Assembly: GCF_006345805.1 (NCBI RefSeq)
Contig: NW_021826137.1
Span: 1 to 13,497, forward strand
From: Octopus sinensis
Lineage: Eukaryota
Length of the DNA: 13,497 bases
Direction: 5' to 3'
The position numbers were made by a program, and so were the translations under genes. Positions 1 to 8,451 of the stretch are shown here, in pieces. The notes under the pieces are model-generated. The model was not told the origin of the DNA, ran no database searches, and was given only the letters and a program-made list of their open reading frames with translations. Positions within the stretch are counted from its first letter, which is position 1. The number at the start of each line of letters is the position of its first letter.

Positions 1-123
1 TACTATTACACTATATATTATTATTATTAAATTATTAGTAGTAGTAGTAGTATAGTAGTATGTAGTAGTAGTATAGTAGTAGTATAGTACTATCATCATC
101 ACCATCATCATTATCATCATCAT
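1..123. repeat. Trinucleotide microsatellite tract (TAT/TAG/CAT)
   Basis: Imperfect (TAT)n, then (TAG)n at about 35-85, then (CAT)n at about 92-123. Confidence 0.9.
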
Positions 124-170
124 CGTTTTTATTCTTATTCGCGTTTGCTTTATTGGGCTTCTTCTCTTGA

Positions 171-315
171 AGTATATATTTATATGTGTGTGTGTGTTTG
201 TGTGTGTGTATGTATGTATGTATGTATGTATATATTATATATATATATATATAGATAGATAGATAGATGGATAGATAGATGAAGAGATAGATAGATATGT
301 ATGTATGTATGTATG

Positions 316-352
<37 letters not shown>

Positions 353-520
353 ATGCGTGTGTGTTTGTGTGTGTGTGTATGTATGTATATGTATATAGAT
401 ATGCCCATACGTATACTTATATGTATATATATACATATACATACACACATATATATATGTGTGTGTAATATATACGTGTGTGTATTCGCATGTGTAATGC
501 GTGTGTGTGTGTGCGCATAT
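171..520. repeat. Compound microsatellite (TA, TG, TATG, TAGA units)
   Basis: Successive (TG)n, (TATG)n, (TA)n, (TAGA)n and (TG)n runs; source of the Y/I/H/T and C/V/Y ORFs in the track. Confidence 0.95.
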
Positions 521-581
521 GTGTATGCATTTATGTGCACACTTGTACTTATTATAGGTTTTGTCTCATTGAAGTGTAGTC

Positions 582-845
582 TAATGTAAAACCTAATATT
601 TTCTCCATAAATACGTGAGAAAGCAATTTTCAATAAATTCTGTATCTATATATGTGTGTGTGTGTGTGTGTGTGGTTGTGTGTGTGTGTGTGTGCGTGTG
701 TGTGTGAAAGCGTGGTATATAAATATATAATGTAAACCTAATATTTTCTCCATAAATACGGGAGAAAGCAATTTTCAATAAATCTGATATATGTAGTGTG
801 GTGTGTTGTGTGTGTGTGTCGTGGTTGTGGTGAAGCGTGTATATA
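582..845 (+). repeat. Two-copy tandem duplication, period 146 bp (about 60-bp unique core plus GT microsatellite)
   Basis: TAATGTAAA(A)CCTAATATTTTCTCCATAAATACG(T/G)GAGAAAGCAATTTTCAATAAAT(T)CTG begins at 582 and 728. Each copy is followed by (GT)n and GAA(A)GCGTG. Confidence 0.9.
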
Positions 846-1017
846 TATATATATATATATTATATCTATATATATATGTATATATCTATATATTTGTATA
901 CGTGTGTGTTTGTGTGTATGTATGTATTTCAGGTGTATGTATACTAAGAAACTAGCATATATGTTTGTGTGTATATCTGTGTATATGTGTGTATGTTTGT
1001 GTATATGCGCATGTGTT

Positions 1018-1090
<73 letters not shown>

Positions 1091-1108
1091 TATGCAACAC
1101 AAGCACGC

Positions 1109-1182
<74 letters not shown>
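837..1182. repeat. Compound microsatellite incl. (TA)n 1020-1086 and perfect (ATAG)n 1109-1182
   Basis: Read directly from the sequence. Confidence 0.95.
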
Positions 1183-1649
1183 GGAATTAAAACGGTGAGC
1201 ATATTGAAAACTTTATAAAACTCGATATAAACTGTGTTTCAACAAACCATAAATATTAATGAAGTTCTACGAAATTACTAAAATTTTAATCCATTTTTAT
1301 TAACATGCTACCAGTAAGTATATCTGTGACTAATTTACTAGTGACTGAACTAATTTATATATTCAAATGCAAAAGTAGGAGTTGTGAACTTCACAACTCT
1401 AACTGATATATTAGCTCTAGAATCACACCACTCCCTTCCCGCCCTCTTGTCATGCATCACAACAAGGAGTAACTGTAAGGAAAGTGAAAGGCTGTTATAG
1501 CACGGAGAAAGCAAAACACGAAGAATACGGTATTCGTTTAGCGCTTGAAATGAGTACTTGAAACGATGAGTCATATATGGAGTATCTTGACATTTCATAT
1601 GTTAGTCCGTCTTCAGAAGAAATAAATAAAACGAAAAACAAGGTATTAC

Positions 1650-1901
1650 CCTTTTACTCTTTTACTTGTTTCAGTCATTTGACTATGGCCATACTGGAGC
1701 ACCGCCTTTAGTCGAGCAAATCGACCCCAGGACTTATTCTTTGTAAGCCTAGTACTTATTCTATCGGTGTCTTTTGCCGAACCGTCAATTTACGGGGACG
1801 TAAACACACCACCATCGGTTGTCAAGCGATGTTGGGAAGGGACAAGCACACACACACAGACATATACACACACACAACATACATATAATATATATATATA
1901 T

Positions 1902-1932
<31 letters not shown>

Positions 1933-2074
1933 CGACGGGCTTCTTTGAGTTTCCGTCTACCAAATCCACTCACAAGACTTTGGTCGGCCCGAGGCTATCG
2001 TAGAAGACACTTACCCAAGGTTCCACACAGTGGGACTGAACCTGGAACCATGTGGTTCGTAAGCAAGCTACTTA
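1650..2074 (-). mobile_element. tRNA-derived SINE, family A, copy 1 (5' end clipped)
   Basis: On the minus strand: B-box-like GGTTCAGTCCC, a body shared with four other copies in the window (e.g. TTTAGTCGAGCAAATCGACCCCAGGACTTATTCTTTGTAAGCCTAGTAC on plus), an internal (CA)n(TA)n tract and a short (GAGTAAAA)-type tail. Resembles the octopus tRNA-derived SINEs (OK/OR1/OR2 group); exact family not assigned. Confidence 0.9.
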
Positions 2075-2092
2075 TTAATATATATATATATA

Positions 2093-2618
2093 AGCAGCGA
2101 AGGTAAAAAAGATAAATACATGCAATATAAAAATACAAATATATATATAGAAGGATCTGTCCGGAAAAAGTAAATACAAATTGACCAAAATAGGTGATCA
2201 AAATGAATTACTAGAACATATCAATCACTAAAAAAATATTTTACCCCTCCATTAAAGATATATCAAAATAATTCGTTTTTAAAAGGCAAGCAAGCCATGG
2301 TAGATGCGGAATCCAAGGAACGTAAAAGAGCTCCAAAAGAAAGGTAGGTCAAAATTCACATCTATGGCCATCTCGGGAGTTCATTGCCGCAATCCGATTG
2401 CAAGTTAAGGCGTATAGATTGCTTCATTTTTAAAAACGAACTCTTTTGATACATTTTTTTATCGAGAGGTAAAAAAAATTTTTTAGTCGATTGGTCTGAC
2501 TTAGTAATTCATTTTGATCACCTATTTTGGTCGATTTGTATATACTTTTTTCCGGACAGGTACTTCTATATATTTTGTATTTTTATATGTGCATATATAT
2601 TTTTTTACCTTCGCTGCT
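2093..2618. mobile_element. Non-autonomous foldback DNA element (MITE) with about 200-bp imperfect terminal inverted repeats, flanked by (TA)n
   Basis: AGCAGCGAAGGTAAAAAA (2093-2110) is the exact reverse complement of 2601-2618. A 31-bp perfect match links 2183-2213 and 2502-2532. The arms extend to about 2293 and 2419 around a spacer of about 125 bp. No coding capacity. Confidence 0.88.
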
Positions 2619-2754
2619 TATATATATATATTTATATATATATTTCTTTTATATGTTGAAGGGTATGGTATCATTTGTATATGATGAAATGTATAGAAGC
2701 GTGGGGTTACATAAGGCCATTGGCCCGAATTTGATGTTTGTTCTCTAATCAATG

Positions 2755-2808
2755 ATTTGTATGTATATAAATATATATATAATATACAACAAGCGATATA
2801 CTTACAAT

Positions 2809-2856
<48 letters not shown>

Positions 2857-2935
2857 CATACACACACACATATATATATACATACATATATACAATTGTA
2901 AGTACATCGTATGTTGTATATATATATATTTGTAT
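2755..2935. repeat. TA/CA/TACA compound microsatellite
   Basis: Read directly from the sequence. Confidence 0.9.
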
Positions 2936-3227
2936 TTATGTGGTATCTGAGTGTATTCCACTGAGGAAGGCAGAACATTTCTTATGCAAAGTCAGAAACC
3001 CGGGATCTGGAATTATTTACTAGTTTATTTTGTCTCTTTGTCTTCTCTCCAGGTGCTGTATGAACACTTAATGTGGTTATAGAGTCAAGTTTTGACTGCT
3101 ATTTCAAGCCTGGAGGTATCTCTTAGATACCCTAAATTATAATTTTAAATAATTATTACCTTTGAAAAGTGTTTATTCCCATGCTAGCAACCTGATAAGA
3201 TCGGTATTTAAATATTGATCTTATCCT

Positions 3228-3253
3228 TAATTTATATAAATTTATATACATAC

Positions 3254-3299
<46 letters not shown>

Positions 3300-3335
3300 T
3301 ACATACGTACATACATATATAGTATATATATATAT
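3228..3335. repeat. (TA)n/(TACA)n microsatellite
   Basis: Read directly from the sequence. Confidence 0.9.
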
Positions 3336-3523
3336 GCTCGAAATGAGAAGTAGACAGTCGACAACTGATGAAGGATCGTTCTTTGTTACTTGTCCTGTTT
3401 TCTATTTGTTTCTCTCATTGTTTGCGTATTGAGCTCATTTGTTTTCGTATTTCATGTTGTTTACTTTTGGTGACGTCCTGTACCCATATATGCATATATA
3501 TGTGTGTGTGCATGCGTGTGTGT

Positions 3524-3912
3524 CTGTGGTACGTAGCTTGCTTACAAACCACATGGTTCTGGGTTCAGTCCCACTGCGTGGCACCTTGGGCAACTGTCTT
3601 CTACTGTAGCCTCGGGCTGACCAAAGCCTTGTGAGTAGATTTGGTAGACGATAACTGAAAAAAGCCCGTCGTATATATGTATATATATGTGTATGTGTCT
3701 GCATGTTTTTGTGTGTCTGTGTCCCCCCCCCCCAACATCACTTGACAACCGATGCTGGTGTGTTTACGTCCCCGTAACTTAGCATTTCGGCAAAAAGGAC
3801 CGATAGGATAAGTAGTTGTCTAACAAAGAATAAGTCCCGGGATCGATTTGCTCGACTAAAGGCGGTGCTCCAGCATGGCCGCAGTCAAATGACTGAAACA
3901 AGGAAAAGAGTA
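3524..3912 (+). mobile_element. tRNA-derived SINE, family A, copy 2
   Basis: GGTTCTGGGTTCAGTCCCACTGCGTGGCACC head (B box), internal (TA)/(TG) tract and 3' end GCAGTCAAATGACTGAAACAAGGAAAAGAG. Reverse complement of copies 1, 3 and 4. Confidence 0.9.
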
Positions 3913-4102
3913 TATATATATATACATTATATTTATTGATTTATTTTGGCTGATCCGGATGCTTGTTACTCAGGAACTTCCACAATTTCACTCTACTATG
4001 ATATAGAGTATATTTTCTGTCATTAATGAAGTCCAACGGAGAATACACTTGTATGTGTGTTTGTATATGTAAGATGTTTGTCTATATGTATATGTATGTA
4101 TT

Positions 4103-4113
4103 TGTGTGTGTGT

Positions 4114-4172
<59 letters not shown>

Positions 4173-4187
4173 CGTGTGTGTGTGTGT
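4103..4187. repeat. (GT)n microsatellite
   Basis: Read directly from the sequence. Confidence 0.95.
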
Positions 4188-4666
4188 AGCAGAAAGATAA
4201 ATTATTTTGAGGGAGGAGGGAAAGGATTATAAATACAAAATGTGCAAGGCAAAGAAAAATTCTCCAGATTCACTCTTTCTCTTTTCAATTTTATCCCTCA
4301 ACACATTTACAGGAATTATATTATTTGTTGATGAATCCAGGATTTCACACGAGCCCATAACATTTGGTATTGGAGGGAGCGAATCGATTTGACAAACAAA
4401 TAAAGCAAAACACATGAAACCAGCGAACAAAAATATCAGAAATGTCACAAAGTATTGGAGTGAAAATATATAGATTTTCTGTTGAGAGTCTTTCGTGTTT
4501 ATTCCGTCCATTTTTGTGAGGAAGATATATATTTAGATTTCCCTCAGTGACACTATGTCATAAATAGCAGTTGAATGAATCGACCGCGATATATTACTTG
4601 TAGTGGTGGATGGATATAAAATCGATTTGGGGAGATAAGTGATCGAAATCGACTACGTGTGAATTA

Positions 4667-5232
4667 TTGGGTTGTCCGGTAAGTTCATGCCGATTTTTAA
4701 AGGAAAGAAAAAGGTCAATAAATACTTGCTATTACATTTTTAATTAACCAAATATGAACCATTTTGTTGCACAATGCGTCTCCGTCTTGCCTTTAACTTG
4801 AAAATACCCTCTTCCCAGAATTGAGGTGGTTTCATGGCAAAGAATTCATCAAGGTATCTTTTTACGCCATCCAAGGAATTGAAATTTTTACTATTAAGAC
4901 TATTCTGCAGAGACCAGAATAAGTGGAAATGCGAAGGAGCAATATTTGGTGAATATCGTGGGTGGGGTAACACATCCCAGCCGAGCCGCAGCAATTTTTG
5001 TCTTGTTCCCAAAGCATCAAGTGCCGAAAATGAACTTTCTTATCTTCCATTTTAAAGGGTTACACAATTAACACAGGTTATAGGAACATAAACCTTCTTC
5101 CTCGAAAAGATAGCTTAAACTGTGCTCTAAATCGAGGTGTAGTCAAATCCTATTTTATGGAAGCAACCATGTTCTAAAATAAGTCAAAAGGTAAGCTACT
5201 ATAAATCGGCACGAACTTTCCGGACAACCCAA
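4667..5232 (-). mobile_element. Internally deleted mariner (Tc1/mariner) transposon, 566 bp, 30-bp TIRs, TA target duplication
   Basis: TIRs TTGGGTTGTCCGGTAAGTTCATGCCGATTT (4667-4696) and AAATCGGCACGAACTTTCCGGACAACCCAA (5203-5232) have 2 mismatches. TA lies at 4665-4666 and 5233-5234, and transposase remnants lie inside. Confidence 0.95.
4740..5050 (-). pseudogene. Mariner transposase remnant: N-terminal MEDKKVHFRHLMLW fused out of frame to the C-terminal catalytic segment
   Basis: C-terminal GTRQKLLRLGWDVLPHPRYSPNIAPSHFHLFWSLQN matches the mariner motif WEVLPHPPYSPDLAPSD(Y/F)HLF, with D->N in YSPDL and the last catalytic Asp changed to His. The start ATG is at 5050. Confidence 0.9.
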
Positions 5233-5316
5233 TAAATTCAGAACACAGTGAGTTTAACTAAATATTGCATGCTACTTTATCTGATGTTCTATGTCCCATA
5301 AACATTTGATTGATTT

Positions 5317-5557
5317 CTTTTTTTTTTATTCTTTTATTTGTTTCAGTCATTTGACTGCGGCCATCCTGGAGCACTGCTTTTAGTCGAGCAAATCGACCCC
5401 AGGACTTATTCTTTGTAAGCCTAGTACTTATTCTATCAGTATCTTTTGCCGAACCGCTAATGTTACGGGGACGCAAACAACCACCAAACCAACATCGGTT
5501 GTCAAGCAATGTTGTGGGGGACAAACACAGACACACAAACACACACACACACACATG

Positions 5558-5594
<37 letters not shown>

Positions 5595-5745
5595 GACGGG
5601 TTTCTTTCTGTTTCCGTCTACCAAGTCCACTCACACGGTTTTGGTCGGCCCGAGGACTTGCCTAAGGTGCCATGCAGTGGGGCTGAACCTGGAACCATGA
5701 GGTTGGTAAGCACGCCACTTGCCACACGACCACTCCTGCGCCTAT
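5317..5745 (-). mobile_element. tRNA-derived SINE, family A, copy 3 (near full length)
   Basis: Minus-strand head ATAGGCGCAGGAGTGGTCGTGTGG (A box) ... GGTTCCAGGTTCAGCCCC (B box). It has a short internal deletion near 5656 relative to copy 1 and a poly-A-like tail at 5317-5328. Confidence 0.9.
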
Positions 5746-5846
5746 TATAAGCCACTCCTGCACCTATGAAGCGATCTCAATTACTGATCCCCATATTTTG
5801 AAACGTAGAATTCTATTTTGGTAACATTTAACAGTCAATATATAGA

Positions 5847-6065
5847 TAGGTTTAAGGCGACGAACAGACAAAATCGTTACCACGTCGGACAAAATGCTTA
5901 GCGGCATTTCATCTGCCTTTACGCTCTGAGTTCAAATCCGCCGAGGTCAACATTGCCTTTCATCCTTTCGGAGTAGATAAAATAAGTACCTCTTGAACAC
6001 TGGGGTCGAGGAAATCGACTTACTCCCTCCTCCAAAGCTATTGACTTTATGTCAAAATCTTAAGC
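5847..6065 (+). mobile_element. tRNA-derived SINE, family B, with 11-bp target-site duplication
   Basis: B box GAGTTCAAATCC at 5928-5939. Central GCCTTTCATCCTTTCGGAGTAGATAAAATAAGTACC is shared with copies at 6497, 6694 and 9232, and from memory resembles the MetaSINE Meta domain (inference). CAATATATAGA occurs at 5836-5846 and 6066-6076. Confidence 0.85.
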
Positions 6066-6204
6066 CAATATATAGACATGCCTAGATATTGGTTTCTAAA
6101 ATTATTCTCTAAATATTTTCAAATTATTCCTGAATTTTGGGTGAGGCAAGAAATCAACAGAGAAGTGCTAAAATTGATTGAATGTATCCCAATATTTGAT
6201 TAAC

Positions 6205-6325
6205 GATTATTTTATGGACGTCAAAAGAATGGAAATGCAGTCGATTCAAGTGAAGTATGGAATGAGCTTCGAACGCAGATCAGAAGTAAATACTTTAAGC
6301 ATATATTCCGATGCTTTATTATTTC
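6205..6325 (-). mobile_element. Highly decayed SINE family B relic
   Basis: TTTTATGGACGTCAAAAGAATGGAAATGCAGTCGAT aligns loosely with TTTTATCGACCCCGAATGGATGAATGGTAAAGTCGG of the 9232-9432 copy. Confidence 0.35.
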
Positions 6326-6496
6326 AGTCGACTTTCCGTTCTCCGTCAAATAATATATGAACCAGTTTCATTCTCAGTTTTATGTTGTAAATATATTTGT
6401 AACAAATAAAACCATCACAGATTCTACTTCCCTCTTTCTATAAAAACAAAAAAAAAACGAAGGCTTTTGCAACAAAGGGGAAATAATTCTTTCTCC

Positions 6497-6618
6497 TTTT
6501 GGAACAGGGCAAGCAGTTTTGAGAGGGGCCAGTCGATTACATCGACCACAACATTTGACTGGTATTTTATTTTATTGACCTCCCAAAAGGATGAAAGACA
6601 AAGTTAGTCTCGGCGAAT
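6497..6618 (-). mobile_element. SINE family B, 3' fragment
   Basis: AGTCGATTACATCGACC...ACTGGTATTTTATTTTATTGACC...AAAAGGATGAAAGACAAAGT, matching the other B copies. Confidence 0.75.
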
Positions 6619-6693
6619 AGTGACTTATTTCAGGATAAGATGTCATAAGCATCGATCAGGTCGATCTGAATAAATTACAAGTAATTAATGAAA

Positions 6694-6890
6694 AATAATG
6701 GTTTCAAAGTTTACCACAAGGTCAGTACTTCTAGGGGTAAGGGTTAGTCAATTACATTGACCCCAGTTTTCAACTACTGCTTATTTTGTCGACCCCGAAA
6801 TGGATGAAAAGCAAAGTGAACCTCGACGGAAATTGAACTCAGGACTTAAAGGCAGACGAAATGCCACTAAGCATGTTGCCCGGCATGATA
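6694..6890 (-). mobile_element. SINE family B, 5'-clipped copy
   Basis: GGTTTCAAAG...TTAGTCAATTACATTGACCCCAG...GTCGACCCCGAAATGGATGAAAAGCAAAGTGAACCTCGACGGAAATTGAACTCAG, reverse complement of the 5847 copy. Confidence 0.85.
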
Positions 6891-6944
6891 ATTATTATTA
6901 TTATTATTATTATTATTATTGTTGTTGTTGTTGGTGTTGTTATT
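6888..6944. repeat. (ATT)n(GTT)n microsatellite at the LINE 5' junction
   Basis: Read directly from the sequence. Confidence 0.9.
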
Positions 6945-8020
6945 GATGAAATGAGGAAAATGGATACAAAGACAAGAAAAATGTTGAAACTACACGGAGC
7001 CTTCCACCGATAGGCTGTACTTGTCCTGAAGAAAGGTGGGAGAAGTTTGATCAACTGCCAGGATTGTATAGAAACAGAGAAAAACAGTTTAGAGTGGTAT
7101 GTAAAAAATGCCGTAGAGCCAGGGTTGAAACACACGAAGAAGGCCAGCGTCATCAAAACTGAGAATTTTGTAAGGAAAGAAAAATTTAAAGAGGAAAAGA
7201 ACACAAAAAAGAAACAGCATGGAAAGTGAAAAAATGTACGGACAGTTTACAAGAGATACGAAGGCCAAGACAGATACAGAAGACCGGTAGTTATGAATGA
7301 GGAGGAGTGACCTGTACATAAAGACAGGAGCGCTTATATGTGCAGCACAAGAACAAGCATTGAGGACCAACTATGTGAAGTGCAGAATAGACAACACTAC
7401 CGACAGCGACAAACGCAGAGTGTATAGTGGGAGGGGTGAAACGTTATGGCACAACACAACGTTAACGCATGCTCGAAAGTGGTACAACGCAAATACAAAA
7501 GACCACATGACAATGTGGGAATAATGATCCATTGGGAGCTCTGTGGAAATCACGGCCTACTAAGCGCAAAGATGTGGTGTGAGCAAACTCCAGAAGGAGT
7601 CACTGAAAATGAGAATTGCAAAATCCTGTGGGATGCGTGATCACCCGACCAGACATTGCAAACCGGACATATATGATAGTCGACATAGCATGCCCTAGTG
7701 ACAACAGGGTCAATGTGAAAGAAGAAGAAATATGAAAGTTGTGCTCAATGAGGAGAGTAGACATGATACCAATAGTAATCGGTGCACTTGGAAGTATCAG
7801 CACTCAGCTACCAGCTTGGCTGAAAAAGATCGGTGCAAGTGTGAAGGTAGAACACCTACAAAAATCAGCATTGCTTGGAACTGTAAGAATTCCTCGCGGC
7901 GTTCTTGAAGCATGACCAGTAAACAAGTGTCACTTTAGTCTGTTGGCTATGAACAGCTGACACTTTCTAGCATATCCAGCAAAATAAGCTGTGAGTTTTC
8001 ATCAAATAATAATAATAATG

Positions 8021-8082
<62 letters not shown>
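6945..8082 (+). mobile_element. 5'-truncated non-LTR retrotransposon with restriction-like endonuclease (R4/Dong-like clade), 3' about 1.1 kb, frameshifted, with 3' UTR and (AAT)n tail
   Basis: Stitching frames gives these motifs in order: DEMRKMDTKTRKMLKLHGAFH..DRLYLS..KKGGRSL (post-RT thumb); LICAAQEQALRTNYVKCRID; a decayed CCHC knuckle KRRVYSGRGETLWH..ACSKVVQRKYKRPHDNVGIMIHWELCG; ENENCKILWD; RLE core KPDI..IVDIACPSDNRVNVKEEE; IPIVIGALG; LQKSALLGTVRIPRGVLEA*. The stop is at 7913-7915 and (AAT)n spans 8006-8082. Confidence 0.9.
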
Positions 8083-8085
<3 letters not shown>

Positions 8086-8301
8086 CTTTTTACTCTTTTA
8101 CTTGTTTCGATCATTTGACTGCGGCCATGCTGGAGTACCGCCTTTAGTCGAGCAAATCGACACCAGAACTTGTTCTTTGGAAGCCTAGTACTAATTCTAT
8201 CGGTCTCTTTTGCCAAACCGCTAATGTTACGGGGACGCAAACAAACCAACATCGGTCGTCAAGCAATGTTGTGGGGGACAAACACAGACGCACAAACATA
8301 T

Positions 8302-8350
<49 letters not shown>

Positions 8351-8392
8351 TACGACGGGCTTCTTTCAGTTTCCGTCTACCAAATCCATTCA
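8083..8392 (-). mobile_element. tRNA-derived SINE, family A, copy 4 (5'-truncated, no tRNA head)
   Basis: Same body as copies 1 and 3 with an internal (CA)(TA) tract; stops at CCAAATCCATTCA. Confidence 0.9.
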
Positions 8393-8403
8393 TTATTATT
8401 ATT

Positions 8404-8450
<47 letters not shown>
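8391..8450. repeat. (ATT)n followed by (AAT)n microsatellite (self-complementary junction)
   Basis: CATTATTATTATTATTAATAATAATAAT... Confidence 0.9.

Positions 8451-8451
<1 letters not shown>

Noticed and set aside
582-845. CRISPR-like repeat-spacer arrangement (also considered for 8755-8812)
   Set aside because: Only two units, the spacers are microsatellite or too short, there are no cas genes, and the context is eukaryotic.
35-1202. ORFs of 61-154 aa rich in Y/I/H/T or C/V/Y
   Set aside because: They are translations of TA/TG/TAGA microsatellites, which lack stops in some frames; no protein signal.
1350-1598. 82-aa minus-strand ORF MKCQDTPY..
   Set aside because: No recognisable family motif or convincing splice context.
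3336-3394. CTGATGA flanked by GACAA/TTGTC complementarity, with an upstream GAAA (hammerhead-like)
   Set aside because: There is no GAAA between CUGAUGA and the partner strand and no NUH triplet in position. The permuted arrangement using the upstream GAAA gives no paired stems.
4227-4511. 94-aa minus-strand ORF with a hydrophobic, transmembrane-like stretch
   Set aside because: The hydrophobicity follows from T-rich sequence. There is no recognisable domain and no usable splice acceptor before the more complex part.
4625-4664. GGGGAGATAAGTGATCGAAATCGACT resembling the SINE B 3' region next to the mariner
   Set aside because: Too short and too diverged to call, and there is no clear continuation on the other side of the mariner.
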